A stretch of DNA of 64,000 bases from an uncultured Candidatus Binatia bacterium (lineage in GTDB: Bacteria; Desulfobacterota; Binatia; Bin18): positions 2,848,001-2,912,000 of the forward strand of contig OZ241744.1 of NCBI GenBank assembly GCA_965200965.1, read 5' to 3'. The notes below the pieces were generated by a model, which was not told the DNA's origin, did not search any database, and was given only the letters and a program-made list of their open reading frames with translations. Positions within the stretch are counted from its first letter, which is position 1. Every line of letters begins with the position of its first letter. Made by a program: the position numbers and the translations under genes. This document shows, one piece after another, positions 12,395-22,891 of the stretch.

Positions 12395-12943
12395 TCAGGC
12401 TTCCACCAGGGCGTCCAGCCGCCGGCGATTGTTGCCGATATCTTCCTCCAGGCTGCGGACGCTGCGCTCAAAGGGCCGCAGCATGGTCCGCCGGTCCCAC
12501 AGGGCAAAGCCGAGAATGGCCGCGACCAGGGTACTGAAGGCGGCCAGCAGGGCCAGGGTGAGGTGGAACTGCCGGGCAAACTGCCCGGTCATCTCTTCCC
12601 GCAACTGCTGCATCTGTTGGCCGATGTCGGTGCGGAGTTGCTCGTTCTGCCGGTTCATATCTTCCCGGAGTTGCTGCATATCCGCGCGGAGTTGCTCGTT
12701 CTGCCGGTTCATATCTTCCCGGAGTTGCTGCATATCCGCGCGGAGTTGCTCGTTCTGCCGGTTCATATCTTCCCGGAGTTGCTGCATATCCGCACGGAGT
12801 CCGCCCTGCCCCTCTTCAAGCCGCGCCAGCCGCTCGGCGATCTCCCGGTCAGGCAAGGCCGGCGTGGCCTCCACCGCCCCGGCCGGGCCGGGCAGGAACA
12901 GCCCGGTCAGGAGGACGAGCCAGGCGACACGCAGCTTGCTCAT
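12395..12943 (-). CDS. coiled-coil repeat TM protein, copy 2; truncated by the same premature stop as copy 3
   Basis: three 18-aa units; ends LDALVEA*. Confidence 0.8.
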   Translation of the reverse strand: MSKLRVAWLVLLTGLFLPGPAGAVEATPALPDREIAERLARLEEGQGGLRADMQQLREDMNRQNEQLRADMQQLREDMNRQNEQLRADMQQLREDMNRQNEQLRTDIGQQMQQLREEMTGQFARQFHLTLALLAAFSTLVAAILGFALWDRRTMLRPFERSVRSLEEDIGNNRRRLDALVEA

Positions 12944-13020
12944 GGGGCTATTCAAGGCCGGGCCAGCGGGAATGTCAAGCTGCGGGCAGAGCCTTGAGCG
13001 GGCGGGGCCGGCCAGCCCCG

Positions 13021-16000
13021 TTACTCAAGGTTCGTAATCACAAAGTTCTGGGAGGATTGCTGCCAGTCCAGGGTGACGGTCTCGCCGGCCCGCGGAAAGT
13101 CGGCCACCACCGCTTGGCCGCTGGCCCCGCGGACGAACTCCTCGCCTAAGGTCGTCACGATGAAGGTCGCCCGGCTGAACTCCACCCCATCGGCCAAGGC
13201 CCGGATGGTATGTTCGCCGTCACCGATCAGGTTCCAGTTGAACAGCAGCCCAAAGCCGTTGTTGCCGTCGTTGCCGCACGCCTCAGCCGTATCGGCCCGG
13301 CCCGTGCCAGAGGCCGCCGCCAGCCGGTGGATGGCGTTGATCTCAAGCTCGACCCTCCCGGCCTCACACACCCAGCCCGAGATCACGCTGATACCACTCT
13401 GGAAGGAGCCGCCGGCCGGGTTTTCCAGGACGCCGTTCTGCCCGGTCGGCGGCGAGACAGCCACGGCGGCCGAGAGCGGGGCCAGCCTGAAGCTCTGGCT
13501 ACCCTCTTGCCACACCAGCCGGACCTGCTCGCCCGGGGATGGAAAGTCGGCCACAAAGGTCTCGCCGCTGGCCCCGCGGATGAACTCCTCGCCTAAGGTC
13601 GTCACGGTGAAGATCGCCCGGTCAAACTCGACCCCGTCGGCCAAGGCCCGGATGGTATGTTCGCCGTCACCGATCAGGTTCCAGTTGAACAGCAGCCCAA
13701 AGCCGTTGTTGCCGTCGTTGCCGCACGCCTCAGCCGTATCGGCCCGGCCGGTACCAGCGGCGGCTTCCAGGATATGCGTGCCGTCCACCTCTAAGGTGAT
13801 CGCCCCCCTGGCGCACGTCCAGCCCGAGATCAGATTAATGCCGCTCTGAGAGGAACCCGGCTCGGGGTTCTCCAGGAACCCGACCAAAGGCTGGGGGGGA
13901 GGAAGGGCAGCACCGCCCCCGCCACCGCCCCCACCGCCGGGGTTACCTGGGGGAGTTTCCACTTGGGGGGGAGTCTCTGGTCGGGGGGGGACTTCGGTGA
14001 AGGCCGGGAACCCGAAGATATTGGCGCAGAGTTGACCGCCGGAGTGCTCTGAGGACAGGACGCGCCAAGTGGTTCCGGCCCGCCCGACGATCCGGGGGGC
14101 GGGGGCGTCGGCCAAGTCGCCCAGCAGGGGCAAACACACCCGCACGGCTTGGCTAGGATCGAGGGGGACTACATTCCCCGCCGCATTCCGGAAAAGGATG
14201 TTGGCGAAGACGGGGAGCGTCCCGAAATCCAGCGGGGGGGTCGGACTGGCCACCACGGAGAAGGGGCGCGCGTCCGCGTGGCCCGGCGACAAGGCGGAAA
14301 AATACTCGACATCGGAGGTGAGGCCGGTGCCCGCCTCGGAGAGCGTGGCGGGCTGGTGTTTGTGAGCGGTGAAGCTGGCGGGCCAGTGATAGAGAGCCCA
14401 CGCCACCGGCGGGCGTTGGCGTTGAGCGGCCCGGTATGCCTGGCGGGTGAGGGCGTTATGGGCTTCCCCCGGGATAATGTTTCGGATGTTGAAGAGGGTG
14501 TGCTCGAGCCGCCCGCTCACATCAAACCCGCTTCGGCCCGCTTGGCTGCCATTGACGCCATACTCGGAGGCATAGAGATCCAGCGTGCTGCTGCCGATGA
14601 CCGTGTTCCAGGACCCGCTGACCGTGACGGTGTTACTCCCCCCGCTGCCGTCAAGCCTCATCTGGATCCCAAAGCCTGCTCTGGTGATGTAATTGCGTGA
14701 CAGCGTGGCGGCCACCTGACTGCGAGTCCCGGCACTGGTGGTGCTGGTGATATCAATCCCGGTGCCTGCGCCGGTGATGCGGTTGGCCGACAGCGTGGTG
14801 GCCAGGGTGCTCCTCGCCGTGTTGCTGAGAGAGGTCCGAAGGTACACCCCGCTCGCGCTGGTGGTGATCGTATTGTCGGCCACGATGAGGTCCACGTTGC
14901 TCGTCGCCGTGTTGCTGAGGGTCTTGTGCAGGTACACGCCGGTCGCGCGGCGGCTGCCGGGCGTCTGTGAGATAGCATTCTCGCGGATGGTTACGGCGGC
15001 GCAGCCGGGGCCGCTGTCCAACTCAATGGCGCGGGGCGTGGAAGTGGCTGTGGAAGAGGCGACCAGGACATTATCGGAGAGGGTGACCCGGGCAGTGAGC
15101 GGGCAGGTCGGGGAGGCGGCGACGGCGATCCCCACCCCGGCGAAATTGACGATATCGAACCCCCGCACGGTGGCGGTGGGGGAGGAGATGCGCAGCACGA
15201 CGGGGAGTTGTGACCCATTGAGGGTTATATCGACAGACCGCCCGGCTGTATCCTGGGCGAAGAGCCAGATATCGCTAGCGAGCGGCAGCAGGCTGGTGGG
15301 CGTGATGGTGCCGCCGCTGAGGGTCGGGTCGAAGATGATCGTCGTTGGGGTAGAGGTGGCGTTGGCCTGGTTCAACAGATAGGGGAGGGACCCCGGCGTA
15401 TTGGCATCATCCGTGAGGGTGGTGACGATGGAGAGGTGGCGGATGCGGAAATCGGCGCAGATTTGATTGCCGGACCGAGCCGAGGGCAGGGTGCGCCAGA
15501 CGGGGCCGTCCCGCCAGGCGATCCGCGGGGCGTCGGCGTCGGCCAGGTCGGCCGGCAGAGGCAGACACACCCGCACATGATGGGTAATCCCGAGGATGAT
15601 CCTATCTGTATCAGCGGGAATGAGCCTGACGGCGACAGGCATGGTCCCGAAGTCCGGCGGGGCGGTCGGACTGGCCACCACGGAAAAGGCGCGCTGGTTA
15701 TTGGAGATCTGGTTCGGCGTGAAGGTCTGCTGATATTCCTGGGAAAGAGTGGTTGTGCGGGCCCCGAGGAACGTGGCGGCCTGGTAGCGGTGGGCGGTGA
15801 AGCTGGCGGGCCAGTGATAGAGAGCCCAGGCAGCCGGCGGGCGTTGGCGTTGAGCGGCCCGGTATGCCTGGCGGGTGAAGGGGGTATGCGCCTCCCCCGG
15901 GATAATGTTTCGGGTGTTGAAGAGGGTGTTCTCGAGCCGCCCGCTCACATCAAACCCGCTTCGGCCCGCTTGGCTGCCATTGACGCCATACTCGGAGACA

Positions 16001-18610
16001 TAGAGATCCAGCGTGCTGCTGCCGATGACCGTGTTCCAGGACCCGTCGACCGTGACGGTGTTGCTCCCCCCGCTGCCGTCAAGCCTCATCTGGATCCCGA
16101 AGTTGGCTCCGGTGATGTAATTGCGCGACAGCGTGGCGGCCACCTGACTGCTATTCCCGGAACTGGTGGTGCTGGTGATATCAATCCCGGTGCCTGCGCC
16201 GGTGATGCGATTGGCCGACAGCGTGGTGGCCAGGGTGCTCGTCGCCGTGTCGCTGAGAGAGGTCCGAAGGTACACCCCGGTCGCGCTGGTGGTGATCGTA
16301 TTGTCGGCCACGATGAGGTCCACGCTACTCGTCGCCGTGCTGCTGAGGGTCTTGTGCAGGTACACGCCGGTCGCGTGGCTGCCGGGCGTCTGCGAGATAT
16401 CATTCTCGCGGATGGTCACGCCGGCGCAGCCGGGGCCGCTGTCCAACTCGATCGCGCGGGCTGTGGAAGAGGCGACCAGGACATTATCGGAGAGGGTGAC
16501 CCGGGCAGTGACCGGGCAGTTCGGGGAGGCGGCGACGGCGATCCCCGCGCCGGCGAAATTGACGATATCGAACCCCCGCACGGTGGCGGTGGGGGAGGAG
16601 ATGCGCAGCACACTACCGTCAGCGGGGAGTTGTGACCCATCGAGGGTCATATCGACAGACCGCCCGGCTACGTCCTGGGCGCGGAGCTGGGTGTTGCCAG
16701 CGAGCGGCAGCGGGCTGGTGGGGGTGATGGTGCCGCCGCTGAGGGTCGGGTCAAAGAGGATCTCCGTTGGGGTAGAGGTGGCGTTGGCCTGATTCAACAG
16801 ATAGGGGAGGGACCCCAGCGTATTGGCCTCATCGGTGAGGGTGGTGACGATGTAGGTGATAAGGAGCCTCTGAAAGCTCAACTCGGCGCAGATTTCATCG
16901 CCTGACCGAGCCGAGGGCAGGGTGCGCCAGACGGTTCCGTCCCGCCAGGCGATCCGTGGGGCGGACGCCGACAGGTCGGCCGGCACGGGCAAACACACCC
17001 GCACGGGGTGGAGCAGCCCGCGGGTGGCCACCCGCCCGTCCGCAGTCTGGGGCAGCAGGCCAGCGACAACAGGCATGGTCCCGAAGTCCGTTGAGGTGGC
17101 CTGACCGGACACCACGGACACGGCCCGCTCAACCGCTTCGCGCGGGGTAAACTGGGCCGGGTCGGCCAGATAGGTTTCCTCAATGGTGGTGACGGTCACG
17201 ATCTCGGTCGTGCCGTCCTGGTTCTGGTGCCCGCCGGTGATCCCCCCGGGGGGGAGCCGGTCTACTTGGTAGCGGTGGACGGTGAAGCTGTTGGCCCTCG
17301 TCCCCACTGCCAGGCGTATGGTGTTGAAGATGGTGCGCTCGAGACGCCCGTTGATCTGGTATCTGTTCTCGGAGGCGGAGATATCTGTGTCGCTGCTGCC
17401 GAGGACCACATTGCCGGTCCCGTTGACCGTGGCGCTGTTGCTCGTCCCGTTGCCGCTGAGATCAATCTCAAGGCCCTTCCGCGCACCGGTGATGTAATTG
17501 CCCGACAGCGTGGCGTCCGTGCTCAAACTCGTCCCGCTGCCGAAGCTGGTGCTGGCAATCCTGATCCCCTTCTGCGTGCCGGTGAGGTGATTGCCCGACA
17601 GCGTGACCGTCGCGCTGTCAACAGCCCCGCGGCCAACACTGCCGAGGACCGCAATGCCGTCCTGCGGGCCGGTGATGCGATTGGCCGACAGTTGGGCAAC
17701 CAGGCGATTGCTCCCCCCACTGCCGATGGTGGAGACAAACGCAATCCCCTCCCGTGTGCCGGTGATGCGATTGGCCGACAGCCGGGCGGTCACCCTGGAG
17801 CTGTTATCCCCGGTGGTGGTGGAGCGACCAATGGAAATGCCGACAGCGGTGGTGATCGTATTGTCGGCCACGAGAGCGTCCACGCTGCTACTCGCCATAG
17901 TGTGGGAGGTGCCGGCATCGGTGCTGCGAATGGAAATGCCGGTCGCGCGGCTGCCCGGTGTCTGTGAGATATTATTCGCGCGGATGGTCACCGCGGTGCA
18001 CTGGTTGGTGACGCTGGTCACCTCAATGGCGTGGGGCGTGGAAGTGGCTGTGGAAGAGGCGACCAGGACATTATCGGAGAGGGTGACCCGGGCAGTGAGC
18101 GGGCAGTTCGGGGAGGATGCGACGGCGATCCCCGCGCCGGCGAAATTGACGATATCGAATCCCGAAACGGTGGCGGTGGGGGAGGAGATGTGCAGCACGC
18201 TACGCTCGGCAAGAGGACGCCCTGAATCAGTGGGGAGCTGTGACCCATCGAGCGTCATATCGACGGCCATCCCGGCTGCATCCTGGGCGAGGAGCCGGAT
18301 GTTGGCAGCGAGCGGCAGCGGGCTGGCGGGCGTGAGGGTGCCGCCACTGAGGGCCGAGTTGAAGATGATCGCCGTTGGGGTAGAGGTGGCGTTGGCCTGG
18401 TTCAACAGATAGCGGAGGGACCCCGGCGTACTGGCCTCATCGGTGAGGCTGGTGACGGTGGAGGTGGCTGTTTGTGCCCTGACCGCGGGGGCGAGGGCCA
18501 GCAGCAGGCCGCACAGGAGCAGCAGGCCGACAAGTTGAGCGTAACGCATAGTCATCACCATCTGTGATCTTGGGGGGGGGGGGGTAGGATTCCTGACTGT
18601 TTGCAATCAT
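13021..18610 (-). CDS. giant secreted beta-helix repeat protein (3 modules plus 2 C-terminal Ig-like domains); SD-led ATG out of frame across poly-C
   Basis: 1861-aa ORF paralogous to the 3026-aa gene; last ~530 bp appear identical to the 3165 end. Confidence 0.85.
18572..18584. repeat. G13 homopolymer (C13 on coding strand)
   Basis: same position relative to the start as G17 at 12181. Confidence 0.85.
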
Positions 18611-18640
18611 GGCTGTCTCCCTGAACCGGCATTGCAGGGT

Positions 18641-18669
18641 ATTTTAGCCTCCTGGTGTTTGTGTGTCAA
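18641..18669 (-). promoter_or_regulatory. near-consensus sigma70 promoter of the 1861-aa gene
   Basis: TTGACA-17 nt-TAAAAT, followed by GGGAGA SD and ATG at 18610. Confidence 0.75.
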
Positions 18670-18713
18670 AGTGGGCCTGCATCCGCTCCCACCGGACCCA
18701 CGGGCCCGGAGCA

Positions 18714-18760
18714 GCGTCAAACGCCGTGTTGGGGATGCCGCAATAGCTCGAACCGTTCTC
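18714..18760 (-). pseudogene. 47-bp diverged remnant of the 5' region of the LLM gene
   Basis: 42/47 match to 2222-2268 (ENGSSYCGIPNTAFDA vs ENGPSYFGIPNTAFDA). Confidence 0.85.
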
Positions 18761-18769
18761 ACGAAGGGC

Positions 18770-19273
18770 TTAGCGCAAGTGAAACTGGCGGAGGACGCCC
18801 GCCACTTCGGGGTCGTGCTGGCCCAAGGCCCGCAAGGCTTCCACCAGGGCGTCCAGCCGCCGGCGATTGTTGCCGATGTCTTCCTCCAGGCTGCGGACGC
18901 TGCGCTCAACGGGCCGCAGCATGGTCCGCCGGTCCCACAGGGCAAAGCCGAGAATGGCCGCGACCAGGGTACTGAAGGCGGCCAGCAGGGCCAGGGTGAG
19001 GTGGAACTGCCGGGCAAACTGCCCGGTCATCTCTTCCCGCAACTGCTGCATCTGTTGGCCGATGTCGGTGCGGAGTTGCTCGTTCTGCCGGTTCAGGTCT
19101 TCCCGGAGTTGCTTTAGATCGGTCCGGAGCCCGGTCTGCCCCTCTTCAAGCCGGGCCAGCCGCTCGACGATCTCCCGGTCGGTCAAGGCCGGCGCGGCTT
19201 CCACCGCCCCGGCCGGGCCGGGCAGGAACAGCCCGGTCAGGAGGACGAGCCAGGCGACACGCAGCTTGCTCAT
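18770..19273 (-). CDS. coiled-coil TM protein, copy 1 (intact, single repeat unit)
   Basis: signal peptide, coiled coil, TM helix, full tail ALRALGQHDPEVAGVLRQFHLR. Confidence 0.85.
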   Translation of the reverse strand: MSKLRVAWLVLLTGLFLPGPAGAVEAAPALTDREIVERLARLEEGQTGLRTDLKQLREDLNRQNEQLRTDIGQQMQQLREEMTGQFARQFHLTLALLAAFSTLVAAILGFALWDRRTMLRPVERSVRSLEEDIGNNRRRLDALVEALRALGQHDPEVAGVLRQFHLR

Positions 19274-19350
19274 GGGGCTATTCAAGGCCGGGCCAGCGGG
19301 AATGTCAAGCTGCGGGCAGAGCCTTGAGCGGGCGGGGCCGGCCAGCCCCG

Positions 19351-22041
19351 TTACTCAAGGTTCGTAATCACAAAGTTCTGGAAGGATTGCTGCCAGACCA
19401 GGGTGACGGTCTCGCCGGTGCTCGGAAAGTCGGCCACTACCGCCCGCCCGCTGGCCTCGCGGACGAACTCCTCATCCAAGGTCGTCACGGTGAAGGTCGC
19501 CCGGTCAAACTCGACCCCGTCGGCCAAGGCCCGGATGGTATGTTGGCCGTCACCGAGCAGGTTCCAGTTGAAGAGCAGCCCGAAGCCCACATCGCCCCGG
19601 CCCTCGCAGACTCCGGCGGCGGCCACATCGCCCCGGGCCGTGCCAGAGGCGGCTTCCAGGAGATGCGTGCCGTCCACTTCCAACTCAATCGCTTCCCCGG
19701 TACACACCCAGCCCGAGATCACGCTGATACCGCTCTGGAAGGAGCCGCCGGCCGGGTTTTCCAGGACGCCGAGCGGGCCGGCAGTGGTGGAGGAGGCCGC
19801 CGGCGGGGGGGCTGTGGTCGAGAGCGGGGCCAGCATGAAATTCTGGACAGCCTGTTCCCACACCAGCCGCGTCTGCTCGCCCGGAGACGGAAAGTCGGCC
19901 ACCACCACCTCGCCGCTGGCCCCGCGGACGAACTCCTCACCCAAGGTCGTCACGGTGAAGATCGCCCGGTCAAACTCCACCCCATCGGCCAAGGCCCGCA
20001 TGGTATGTTGGCCGTCACCGAGCAGGTTCCAGTTGAACAGCAGCCCAAAGCCCACATCACCCCGGCCCTCGCAGACTCCGGCGGCGGCCACATCGCCCCG
20101 GGCCGTGCCAGAGGCGGCTTCCAAGCGATGCGTGGTGCCGTCCACCTCCACCTCCACCTCAATCAATTCCCCGGTACACACCCAGCCCGAGATCACGCCG
20201 ATGCCACTGAAGAAGGCCGGCTGGGGGTACTCCAGGACCCCGACCACGCCTCCTGCTACGGTGCCGGTGGGGGGTGGAGCCACTGTGCCGCCCCCGCCAT
20301 TGCCCCCGAGGCCCGGGTTCTCTGGGGGAGTCTCCGGCCGGGGCTGGGAGGGCGTGAAGGGCGTGAAGGACGGGAACCCGGAAAGATCGGCGCAGATCTG
20401 GACGCCTGACCGAGCCGAGGGCAGGGTGCGCCAGACGGTTCCGTCCCGCCCGGCGATCCGTGGGTCGGGGGCGTCGCTCAGGTCGGCCGGCAGGGGCAAA
20501 CACACCCGAAAGGATTGGGTGAGGGTGACTACAGTCCCTGCCGCATTCCGGAAAAGGATGTTGGCGAAGACGGGGAGGGTCCCGAAGTCCGGCGGGGGGG
20601 TCGGACTGGACACCACGGAGAAGGTGCGCGCGTTCGCGTGGACCTGCGGCAAGGCGGAAACATATTCTTCATCGGAGGTGATTCCGGTGCCTGCCTGTGA
20701 GAGCGTGGCGGTCTGGTGTCTGTGGGCGGTGAAGCTGGCGGGCCACTGATAGGAAGGCCAAGTGGCCGACGGTTGGAGTTGAGCGGCCTGGTATGCGCTG
20801 AGGATGAGGCGCTGGGCCACCTCCACCGCATTCACATCCGGTCTGATGTTCTGGGTGTTGAAGATGGTGTTCCCGAGACGCCCGCTCACATCAAACCCGC
20901 TTCGGCCCGCTTGGCTGCCATTGACGCCATACTCTGAGGCGAAGAGATCCATCGTGCTGCTGCCGATGACCGTGTTCCAGGACCCGTTGACCCTGGCGAT
21001 GTTGCTCCCCCCGCTGCCGTCAAGATTAATCCTGATCCCAAAGCTTGCTCCGGTGATGTAATTGCGCGACAGCGTGGCGGTCACCCGACTGTCAGCGCTG
21101 GCGGCCTGGGTGGTGCTGTCTATATTAATCCCGGTGTGTGCTCCGGTGATGCGGTTGCCCGACAGCGTGGCAGTCGTTCTAGCTGTACTCGTCGCCATGC
21201 GGTGAGCAAGGTAAATGCCGTTCGCTCCGGTGGTGATCGTATTGTCGGACACGATGAGGTCCAGGGTGCTCGTCGCCATGCTGCTGAGGGTCTTATGCAG
21301 GTAAATGCCGTTCGCCTGGCTTCCCGGTGTCTGCGAGATAGTATTCTCGCTGATGGTCACGCCGGCGCAGCCGGGGCCACTGTCCAACTCAATCGCGTGG
21401 GCCGTGGAAGTGGCGACCAGGACATTATCGGAGATTGTGACCCGGGCATTGGCCGGGCAGTTCGGGGAGGCTGAGACGTAGATCCCCGCGCCGGCGAAAT
21501 TGACGATATCGAATCCCTGCACGGTGGCGGTGGTGGAAGAGATGCTCAGCACATTACGCCCGGCAAGGGAGATCTCTGTATTAGTGGGGAACTGTGACCC
21601 AGCGAGCGTTATATCGACAGACCTCCCGGCTGCATCCTGGGCGAGGAGCCGTATGTTGCCAGAGAGCAGCAGCGGGATGTTGGGCGTGATGGTGCCGCCG
21701 CTGAGGGTTGAGTCGAAGATGATTGTTGTCGGGGTAGATGTGGCGTTGGCCTGGTTCAACAGATAGCGGAGGGTCCCCGGCGTAGTGAGACCATCCGTGA
21801 GGCTGATGACGGTGGAGGTGGCCGTTTGCGCCCTGACCGCGGGGGCGAGGGCCAACAGCAGGCTGCACAGGAGCAGCAGGCCGACAAGTCGGGCGTAACG
21901 CCTATCCATCATCATCTGTGATCTTGGGGGGGGGGCGATCTCCCGGTCGGTCAAGGCCGGCGCGGCCTCCACCGCTCCGCTCGGGCGGGGCAGGAGCAGC
22001 CCGGTCAGGATGATACGCCAAGCGATACGCAGCTTGCTCAT
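19351..22041 (-). CDS. secreted beta-helix protein (1 module plus 2 Ig-like domains), N-terminally fused through C10 to the first 36 aa of a coiled-coil gene copy
   Basis: MSKLRIAW...LTDREIA|PPPRSQ; G10 at 21926-21935 keeps the frame. Confidence 0.85.
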   Translation of the reverse strand: MSKLRIAWRIILTGLLLPRPSGAVEAAPALTDREIAPPPRSQMMMDRRYARLVGLLLLCSLLLALAPAVRAQTATSTVISLTDGLTTPGTLRYLLNQANATSTPTTIIFDSTLSGGTITPNIPLLLSGNIRLLAQDAAGRSVDITLAGSQFPTNTEISLAGRNVLSISSTTATVQGFDIVNFAGAGIYVSASPNCPANARVTISDNVLVATSTAHAIELDSGPGCAGVTISENTISQTPGSQANGIYLHKTLSSMATSTLDLIVSDNTITTGANGIYLAHRMATSTARTTATLSGNRITGAHTGINIDSTTQAASADSRVTATLSRNYITGASFGIRINLDGSGGSNIARVNGSWNTVIGSSTMDLFASEYGVNGSQAGRSGFDVSGRLGNTIFNTQNIRPDVNAVEVAQRLILSAYQAAQLQPSATWPSYQWPASFTAHRHQTATLSQAGTGITSDEEYVSALPQVHANARTFSVVSSPTPPPDFGTLPVFANILFRNAAGTVVTLTQSFRVCLPLPADLSDAPDPRIAGRDGTVWRTLPSARSGVQICADLSGFPSFTPFTPSQPRPETPPENPGLGGNGGGGTVAPPPTGTVAGGVVGVLEYPQPAFFSGIGVISGWVCTGELIEVEVEVDGTTHRLEAASGTARGDVAAAGVCEGRGDVGFGLLFNWNLLGDGQHTMRALADGVEFDRAIFTVTTLGEEFVRGASGEVVVADFPSPGEQTRLVWEQAVQNFMLAPLSTTAPPPAASSTTAGPLGVLENPAGGSFQSGISVISGWVCTGEAIELEVDGTHLLEAASGTARGDVAAAGVCEGRGDVGFGLLFNWNLLGDGQHTIRALADGVEFDRATFTVTTLDEEFVREASGRAVVADFPSTGETVTLVWQQSFQNFVITNLE

Positions 22042-22195
22042 GGGACTATCAAGGCCGGGCCGGCGGGAATGTCAAGCTGTGGGTAAGAACGTCTCCCCTC
22101 TGCGGTCCTGCTGAACGGCATCTTCCCCCCGCTCTTCTTTTTTGTCAAGCTGTCTGCCAGGTGGAGGGCCTTGCCGGAACAGGGAGGGACAGACC

Positions 22196-22870
22196 ATGTG
22201 TGGCCGCTATGCCTTGACCTCAGACGCAGAACGCCTGGAAGAACGCTTTGGCTGCTCCCTGTCCGGCGTGGCCTGCTCCCCCCGCTATAACATCGCCCCC
22301 AGCCAGCCGGTGCTGGCGCTGATCAATACGGCTGACAATGCCGAACGGCGGGCCGGCTTCTTGCGCTGGGGGCTGATTCCGGCCTGGGCCACAGACCCCG
22401 CGGTCGGCACCAGGATGATCAACGCCCGGTCTGAGACGGTGGCCGAAAAGCCCAGCTTCAGGCATGCCCTGCGCCGCCGGCGGTGCTTGATCGTGGCCAA
22501 CGGCTTTTATGAGTGGAAAAAAGACGGCCCGACCAGGACCCCGCTGTATATCAGCCTGGGCTCGGGCGAGCCGTTCGCCTGTGCCGGGCTGTGGGAAAAA
22601 TGGGTTGCCGAATCCGGCCAGGCGATCCATTCGTGTACAATGCTGACCACCGGCCCCAACGCGCTGATGGCCCCCATCCACCACCGTATGCCGGTGATCC
22701 TGCCGCCCGAGGCCGAGGCGCGCTGGCTGGACCGGACCGTTCAGGAGCCCGGCTCGGTCTTGCCCCTGCTCGTGCCCTGTCCGGCCGAGGCCATGAGGGC
22801 CTATGCCGTGTCTGCGCTCGTCAACTCCCCCCGCAACGACAGCCCTGAGTGCCTGAGGCCGCTCGGCTGA
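22196..22870 (+). CDS. SOS response-associated peptidase (SRAP/YedK/HMCES family)
   Basis: MCGRY N-terminus, NARSET, GFYEW, IHHRMPVIL. Confidence 0.95.
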   Translation: MCGRYALTSDAERLEERFGCSLSGVACSPRYNIAPSQPVLALINTADNAERRAGFLRWGLIPAWATDPAVGTRMINARSETVAEKPSFRHALRRRRCLIVANGFYEWKKDGPTRTPLYISLGSGEPFACAGLWEKWVAESGQAIHSCTMLTTGPNALMAPIHHRMPVILPPEAEARWLDRTVQEPGSVLPLLVPCPAEAMRAYAVSALVNSPRNDSPECLRPLG

Positions 22871-22891
22871 GCGTGGCGTCATCCGCCCTCC

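Noticed and set aside
3165-22041. Diversity-generating retroelement acting on the giant genes
   Set aside because: No reverse transcriptase in the window, and differences between copies are not adenine-specific
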